Of a stretch of DNA of 11,228 bases, positions 7,026 through 11,228 are shown piece by piece (the stretch's first letter is position 1; every line of letters begins with the position of its first letter). Position numbers and translations under genes: made by a program. The DNA is taken from assembly GCA_003660975.1 (NCBI GenBank), contig QMVG01000014.1, positions 1-11,228 of the forward strand. The letters run 5' to 3'. The DNA is from Candidatus Micrarchaeota archaeon. GTDB taxonomy: Archaea > B1Sed10-29 > B47-G15. The notes under the pieces were generated by a model, which was not told where the DNA came from, did no database searches, and worked only from the letters and a program-made list of their open reading frames with translations.

Positions 7026-7092
7026 GTGGGCAATAGCCCCGAAATGAGCGAAAGCGAACGGAGAGTTGGTTGCGGCATAATTTTTAGGGAAT

Positions 7093-7365
7093 TCATTCTT
7101 TCACCATTTTATGCTTATTTGGATCATATAATTCATACGTTCCATCTTCATGGAGCAATAAAAACGGCTCGACATGAGGCCAATGTCTTCGTGCTGGTGG
7201 TAAATTTACCACTAAAGCCATTAAATGCTGGTATATAGTATCATCTTTCCAGTTACCTTTATTTCTAACTCTTCTGAAGAGTTCACTAAAAGTTACCACC
7301 TCTCCAAGTTCTAAACTATTTCTTATAGCTTCTTTACATGATTCACCAAACTTACCTTTTCCCAT
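7093..7365 (-). CDS. Small hypothetical protein, wHTH-like (resembles DUF7669 from memory); cassette 1
   Basis: 90-aa ORF with strong SD AAGGAGG; it fills the cassette between GTTAGGC (7420) and attC A; pattern TFSEL..TIYQHL..VN...GTYELY. Confidence 0.8.
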   Translation of the reverse strand: MGKGKFGESCKEAIRNSLELGEVVTFSELFRRVRNKGNWKDDTIYQHLMALVVNLPPARRHWPHVEPFLLLHEDGTYELYDPNKHKMVKE

Positions 7366-7413
7366 TTTACCTTACCTCCTTCTTTGATATTTTTCAACGC
7401 CGCAACCGATTAC

Positions 7414-7468
7414 GCCTAACTACAGGATAAACGAAGTACTTCGTTTTGCGAAGTACTTCGTTTATTCT
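7414..7468 (-). other. attI-like cassette insertion site with adjacent double palindrome
   Basis: Minus strand GTTTATC-CTGTA-G|TTAGGC (L, 5 bp, R). It is preceded by 17-bp inverted arms 7427-7443/7449-7465 built from two copies of the palindrome CGAAGTACTTCG. It lacks the attC family core. Confidence 0.6.
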
Positions 7469-7629
7469 CAAATGAAGGAGGCTTCCCTCGCCATTTCCAC
7501 CCCGATCATTGAACGAAAAAACGTAAAGCTTACACCTTTACACCCCCTCAGCATTTCGAGTATATCATACCACCCCTTCCGTACCAAATATGATAGGGCC
7601 TTACACTTTTCTATATCTTCCCACATCAT
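7468..7629 (-). CDS. 53-aa ORF, possibly a truncated HxlR/ArsR-like wHTH
   Basis: ATG 7629 overlaps the AAA stop (ATGA); MMWEDIEKCKALSYLVRKGWYDILEMLRGCKGVSFTFFRSMIGVEMAREASFI ends at the edge of the double palindrome. Not in the ORF track. Confidence 0.45.
   Translation of the reverse strand: MMWEDIEKCKALSYLVRKGWYDILEMLRGCKGVSFTFFRSMIGVEMAREASFI
7559..7587 (-). promoter_or_regulatory. Candidate Pc-like promoter for the cassette array
   Basis: TTGGTA (7587-7582)-17 bp-TATACT (7564-7559) with a TGn extension, about 140 bp upstream of the first cassette; it lies inside the 53-aa ORF. Confidence 0.45.
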
Positions 7630-8594
7630 AACGACACCCCCTGTCGCTTCATAACTTCAACTACCACTTCGGCCTTCTCCTTTTCGCCGTTCGCCATCCT
7701 TGCTATGCTTACACACTGCCTTACATCGGACTTGTTCCCGTACATGTTCCAAACGGAAAGGGCTATGAATTCGGCTACATCCTCCGGGACCCCTTCTCTT
7801 TCGAGGACCGACTTAGAAACCTTTAGAAACTCGTCCCTCGAATAGGGTTCGAACCTTATCTTGATGAACCGTGAAAGGAGGTCCCGTGGTAGGGAATTCA
7901 CCTTTATCCCCGCCGCGAATACCTTCGTGTAAAGTACGGCATAGCGGGTTTTCCCCCACTTCGTCTCGCTTATCCTTCCCGTAGCCATAAGGCTATTGAG
8001 GACGCCTAAATTATCCCCGTGTAGGCGATCTATCTCGTCTATGAGTAGATACTTGGGCTGGAGCGCAAACAGGACCTCGTTAAGCCCTGCACTCGTCATG
8101 GTGGGGGCAAGCAGGTAGTAGCTTTCGGGAAGGCGGGAAAGTTCCATCAGAAACAGCGTCTTTGCCGAAGCCGGAGGCCCTACCAATAGCACATGACAGG
8201 GACGCTCCGACTCTATCGCGTAGCGCAGGACGGTCTTCACGTTCTTATGTCCAACGATTATCTCGAAAAGATCGTTGGGAACCTCGCTTTCGGGTTGTAC
8301 TTCTATCCCCGAAGCCTCTATCTCGTCTATCACCTCCCTTATAAGGTCCCTATCCCGAAGGACGTACGAAGTGCTCGAACGACTTGCGTACACTATGTCA
8401 AGTATCCTTTTGGACACCATATTGTTCAACACTTGGGGTGGGGTGTGGACTTCGTACCACTCCCACCCCAAGTAATTGTGTCCCTTTTCTTCGGCCTCCT
8501 TCCGGCCCTTCTCCTCGACTTCGAGGGCCTCCTTAAGTGTTTCCACCCAATCGGGATTTTCGGCAAGTAACAGCTTAAGTTCCAACTTCCTCAT
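7626..8594 (-). CDS. AAA+ ATPase (RuvB/MoxR-like core) with N-terminal wHTH-like domain
   Basis: Walker A GPPASAKT, Walker B LLIDEID, Arg finger LLSRF, sensor-2 DVRQ; IIVGH N-linker; SD GGGGAGTGA. Confidence 0.85.
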   Translation of the reverse strand: MRKLELKLLLAENPDWVETLKEALEVEEKGRKEAEEKGHNYLGWEWYEVHTPPQVLNNMVSKRILDIVYASRSSTSYVLRDRDLIREVIDEIEASGIEVQPESEVPNDLFEIIVGHKNVKTVLRYAIESERPCHVLLVGPPASAKTLFLMELSRLPESYYLLAPTMTSAGLNEVLFALQPKYLLIDEIDRLHGDNLGVLNSLMATGRISETKWGKTRYAVLYTKVFAAGIKVNSLPRDLLSRFIKIRFEPYSRDEFLKVSKSVLEREGVPEDVAEFIALSVWNMYGNKSDVRQCVSIARMANGEKEKAEVVVEVMKRQGVSL

Positions 8595-8650
8595 ATCACT
8601 CCCCTAAAAAGGAAGCACTGAAGCACCAAAGCACTTTAAGGAAGCGAGGA

Positions 8651-9202
8651 TTATTCATCATCTACGCCTAGAACAAGAACAGGGATATCTATCTCACTTT
8701 CCCCTCTGTGAACTAGGTCGGCTTTAACCTGCTCGAAGTAAGAAACACCTGTGGACATCTGTCTTGCCATGTTAAGCATAGGGACAATTTCAACACCTGA
8801 ATCTATGAGTCCAGAGTTATGGAATATCGTCATTTTAGCAAGGATATTATAGACCATAAAAGCATACTTGCCAAATTGGATCTCCACGCCTAAGCCGTTT
8901 TTGAAAGCATCCATCTCCCGAGGGCCTTCATGGATCCTCCCTATTTCTGGGATTTCGACTCTAAGAATAACCCTTCCTTTTTCCCATCCTCTCTTTCTAA
9001 ATTCTTCTTCAAATCTTTCGTTTAGAGCTTTAGGAGAATAGAGAACTCTTCCCATCATTGTCTTCTCCTTACTGATCTTAGTCTTAAGTTTCGAGGCTTT
9101 TATAGCTTCTATTATTTCCTCTATCTCTTGGTATTCTTGGGGGTGATGTTCCCTTATGAATTCCTCTCCTCCTCTGTGCGAATACTTCGCTACAATTTTC
9201 AT
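8651..9202 (-). CDS. Type II restriction endonuclease, BglII/BstYI family
   Basis: YSH..G N-terminus, LN..F...GW, and D-x8-E-I-Q-F-G-K with Gln in place of the catalytic Lys, as in BglII. Start moved to ATG 9202 (ATGA overlap with the MTase stop, SD GGAGG). Confidence 0.88.
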   Translation of the reverse strand: MKIVAKYSHRGGEEFIREHHPQEYQEIEEIIEAIKASKLKTKISKEKTMMGRVLYSPKALNERFEEEFRKRGWEKGRVILRVEIPEIGRIHEGPREMDAFKNGLGVEIQFGKYAFMVYNILAKMTIFHNSGLIDSGVEIVPMLNMARQMSTGVSYFEQVKADLVHRGESEIDIPVLVLGVDDE

Positions 9203-10188
9203 GTCCGCCTCCACTCAAGGGGTATTTGGGCCACTTTCTCTGTTCCTTTTGGCTCATACTTTGGTTTGCCTAAAGGCCTTCTTCTAAGTGTCCCGTTTAA
9301 GGCTTGGATTACTCTTTCATGTGCTATCTTCACATAAACTTCCTCTTTGTCCACTCCTATAGCTCTCCGATCGTGGAGCAGGGCGGCAATAAGAGAAGAC
9401 CCTACCCCCATGAAGGGATCAAAAACTATATCATCCGGATTTGTTAATGCTAAGATCAATCTCTCTACAAGTTCTATAGGAAATTGAGAGGGATGGATTG
9501 TTTTCTCAGGATGGTTTGCTTTGACATTAGGTATATCCCAAACTTCTTCTTCCCATTCTTTAAGAAGAAAATCCCAGATATCTCCTGGGTTCTTCCCAAG
9601 GGGATTCGCGGAAGGTTCCCCTTTGTGCGGTCCTTTGTAATGCCTCTTTCCTGGATATTTCTGGGGAATCCTCACCGGATCAAGATTAAATACATATTCA
9701 TCACCCTTTGTAAACCAAAGGATAACTTCATAACGACCAGAAAACCTTCTTTTGGCATGAAGTCCATGCTCAAATCTCCAGATGATTCTATTACGAAGCT
9801 TTAAACCGAGCTTTTCCTTTAGGATTTGGTAAAAAAAGACATCGAGAGGAAAAACTTCCCCTGAGTTCACGTGATTACCTACTTCCCAGCATAGACTTCC
9901 TTCAGGCTTAAGTATCCTCACACACTCACGTAAGACATTAGTTTGCCATTCAAGATATCTCCGAAACTCTATCTTTTTTTCGTAAGGCTTCCCAATGTTA
10001 TAAGGGGGTGAGCTTACTACAAGCTGAATGCTTTCGTTCGGAATTGTCCGCGTAAAAGCGAGAGTATCGTTGCATGAAAGGAGTACATCGAACTCAGGAA
10101 CGAAGTATAAGCTTTGTATAATCTTTTTATTCCTTCCCAATATTTCTGGAAATTCAGCCTGTAACTTTCTGCGTCTTTTTTCTTCCAT
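9199..10188 (-). CDS. Beta-class amino DNA methyltransferase (probably N4-cytosine)
   Basis: Motif IV SSPPY lies N-terminal, with HPSQFP and motif I DPFMGVGS C-terminal (beta order); coupled to the REase. Confidence 0.93.
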   Translation of the reverse strand: MEEKRRRKLQAEFPEILGRNKKIIQSLYFVPEFDVLLSCNDTLAFTRTIPNESIQLVVSSPPYNIGKPYEKKIEFRRYLEWQTNVLRECVRILKPEGSLCWEVGNHVNSGEVFPLDVFFYQILKEKLGLKLRNRIIWRFEHGLHAKRRFSGRYEVILWFTKGDEYVFNLDPVRIPQKYPGKRHYKGPHKGEPSANPLGKNPGDIWDFLLKEWEEEVWDIPNVKANHPEKTIHPSQFPIELVERLILALTNPDDIVFDPFMGVGSSLIAALLHDRRAIGVDKEEVYVKIAHERVIQALNGTLRRRPLGKPKYEPKGTEKVAQIPLEWRRT

Positions 10189-10192
10189 AGCT

Positions 10193-10621
10193 TCACTCCT
10201 CTTTAATCTCTATGCCTGTGGCCAGTTCAGATTCTCTTAAGAGTTTCTTCTTTAGAAAATCTCTAATAGTAATTAAGGGTCCCTTTCCTGGCTCTCGATG
10301 TGGATAGACATCACTTGGGTATTCCCCCTCCCCTTCGTAGACTAAGAGAGCAGGGACCTCCTTACCGAAGAAGAGACCACCGCCCCGTCGCTTAGTGCCA
10401 AAGACTCGTCTTATCCCGATATGCTTCCAGATAGCAACCTTGCAAGCCTTTTCATAAGTTATCTGAAGCTTCTCCTCTGGGAGTTTGTTTGTATTTATAA
10501 TCTCTACCGATATTCCCTTCTCCTGAAGTAGAGAAAGAAGCTTTAATGCCTCCTCAAAGCCCTTATTGGGAGGTAGATCGAACAGCCGCTCTTTTCCTGC
10601 CCAATAAAGGACCAGCTTCAT
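10193..10621 (-). CDS. Hypothetical protein, possibly thioredoxin-like fold without CxxC; first gene of the R-M operon
   Basis: 142-aa ORF, SD AAGGAG, 4 nt from the MTase start; VPALLVY..VYPH pattern. Confidence 0.75.
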   Translation of the reverse strand: MKLVLYWAGKERLFDLPPNKGFEEALKLLSLLQEKGISVEIINTNKLPEEKLQITYEKACKVAIWKHIGIRRVFGTKRRGGGLFFGKEVPALLVYEGEGEYPSDVYPHREPGKGPLITIRDFLKKKLLRESELATGIEIKEE

Positions 10622-10671
10622 TTTGACTCCTTGTTCAATCCTATCTCCCTCCCCTCCACCACCACAGGTAG

Positions 10672-10700
10672 AGTATAATCTATTTTTACTCCGATGTCAA
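10672..10700 (-). promoter_or_regulatory. Strong sigma70 promoter of the R-M operon
   Basis: TTGACA (10700-10695)-17 bp-TATACT (10677-10672), immediately after the recombinase stop. Confidence 0.85.
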
Positions 10701-10702
10701 GG

Positions 10703-11228
10703 TTAATCCTCAAACTCCACCTGTTGCTGGATCCTCAGGGAATCCTCTTGGGTGAGGGTAGAAAGGTACCTCATCACCATAACGGTCGAGGAATGGCCAA
10801 GGTGGTGTTGGAGGGCCTTGGGGTTTCCAGTCTGGCGGAGCCTTTCGATTGCGTCCGAATGCCTCAATAGATGAGGATAGACCCTCTTTTGGATCCCTGC
10901 TCTTGCTGCAAGCTCTTTAAGGATTTGCCAGGCTCTTTGTCTGTTTATAGGAAAGAACTTATCCTTCGGTCCAAGGCCCTTCTTGTAAGCATAGGCTCTG
11001 AGTTTATCAGCTAATCTCTCAGGACAAGCAACGAGCCTCAGCTTCCTTCCCTTTCCCAAGACCTCCAGAGCTGGCTTTCCTTCAAATTCCCTGATACTGG
11101 AAGGTGTCAAAGACAGAGCCTCGGATATCCTCAGCCCCGTCTGATATAGGACCTGAATCAATAGTGCGTCCCTTTCGCCTTTCCTTGGCCTCCTCTTTGC
11201 CTCCTCGACGAGGAGCTTGACCTCCTCC
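10703..11228 (-). CDS. Tyrosine recombinase/integrase (XerC/D-like catalytic domain), 5' end outside the window
   Basis: TGLRISE (R), GKG (K), HLLRH, LGH and MRY (Y). The frame stays open to the window edge (EEVKLLVEEAKRRPRKGERDALL). Confidence 0.95.
   Translation of the reverse strand, partial: EEVKLLVEEAKRRPRKGERDALLIQVLYQTGLRISEALSLTPSSIREFEGKPALEVLGKGRKLRLVACPERLADKLRAYAYKKGLGPKDKFFPINRQRAWQILKELAARAGIQKRVYPHLLRHSDAIERLRQTGNPKALQHHLGHSSTVMVMRYLSTLTQEDSLRIQQQVEFED

Larger units (their letters stand above)
4165..7420 (-). mobile_element. Integron-type gene cassette array with three cassettes and no adjacent intI (CALIN-like)
   Basis: Three co-oriented single-ORF units (6946-7419, 5926-6945, 4171-5925). 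Each begins after a G|TTA core, has its own SD and ends in a related 78-86 bp palindromic site. The two ends of each cassette are mutually complementary. The block is visibly more AT-rich than the left backbone. Confidence 0.85.
719..11228. mobile_element. Putative integrated plasmid-like/integrative element (boundaries not resolved; extends past the right edge)
   Basis: Tyrosine recombinase, Rep-like gene with an antisense-type leader, two ATPases, R-M system and cassette cargo; no housekeeping genes. No att direct repeat or tRNA is visible in the window. Confidence 0.6.

Noticed and set aside
7414-7468. A fourth attC site
   Set aside because: It lacks the RYYYAAC left end and the shared CCCAAA/ACTTC core; it is better read as an attI-like site.
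7626-8594. Gene symbol ruvB
   Set aside because: No ruvA/ruvC neighbours, an extra N-terminal domain, and a Walker A that differs from RuvB GPPGLGKT.
8651-9202. Assigning AGATCT specificity
   Set aside because: Family membership does not fix the target, and site avoidance cannot be judged from 11 kb by eye.
7026-10240. Plus-strand ORFs 7026-7238, 7472-7654, 8162-8344, 8193-8570, 8275-8475, 9128-9337, 9484-9804 and 10028-10240
   Set aside because: Antisense to well-supported minus-strand genes, with no recognisable motifs.

Overview
The window starts at the leader end of a CRISPR array: 7 identical 30-bp repeats, read on the minus strand, with a leader and promoter and no cas genes in view. 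Directly beside it lies what looks like an integrated plasmid-like element of a bacterium (several TTGACA-17-TA..T promoters, strong GGAGG ribosome-binding sites). The element backbone has an HTH/TM protein, a putative HTH replication initiator with a pT181-like antisense-RNA/attenuator leader, a coiled-coil P-loop ATPase-HTH operon, a wHTH-AAA+ ATPase, a BglII-family type II R-M system and a partial tyrosine recombinase. The main unannotated feature is a 3.25-kb AT-rich block of three integron-type gene cassettes (small wHTH-like protein, RmuC, GHKL ATPase-nuclease), each followed by an attC-like site. The array sits in an attI-like site whose reconstructed empty form is a dyad (TTCGTTTATC-CTGTA-GATACCCGAA). 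No intI lies next to it, and the only recombinase in view lacks the IntI insertion. All protein calls come from motif recognition by eye, not from database searches.
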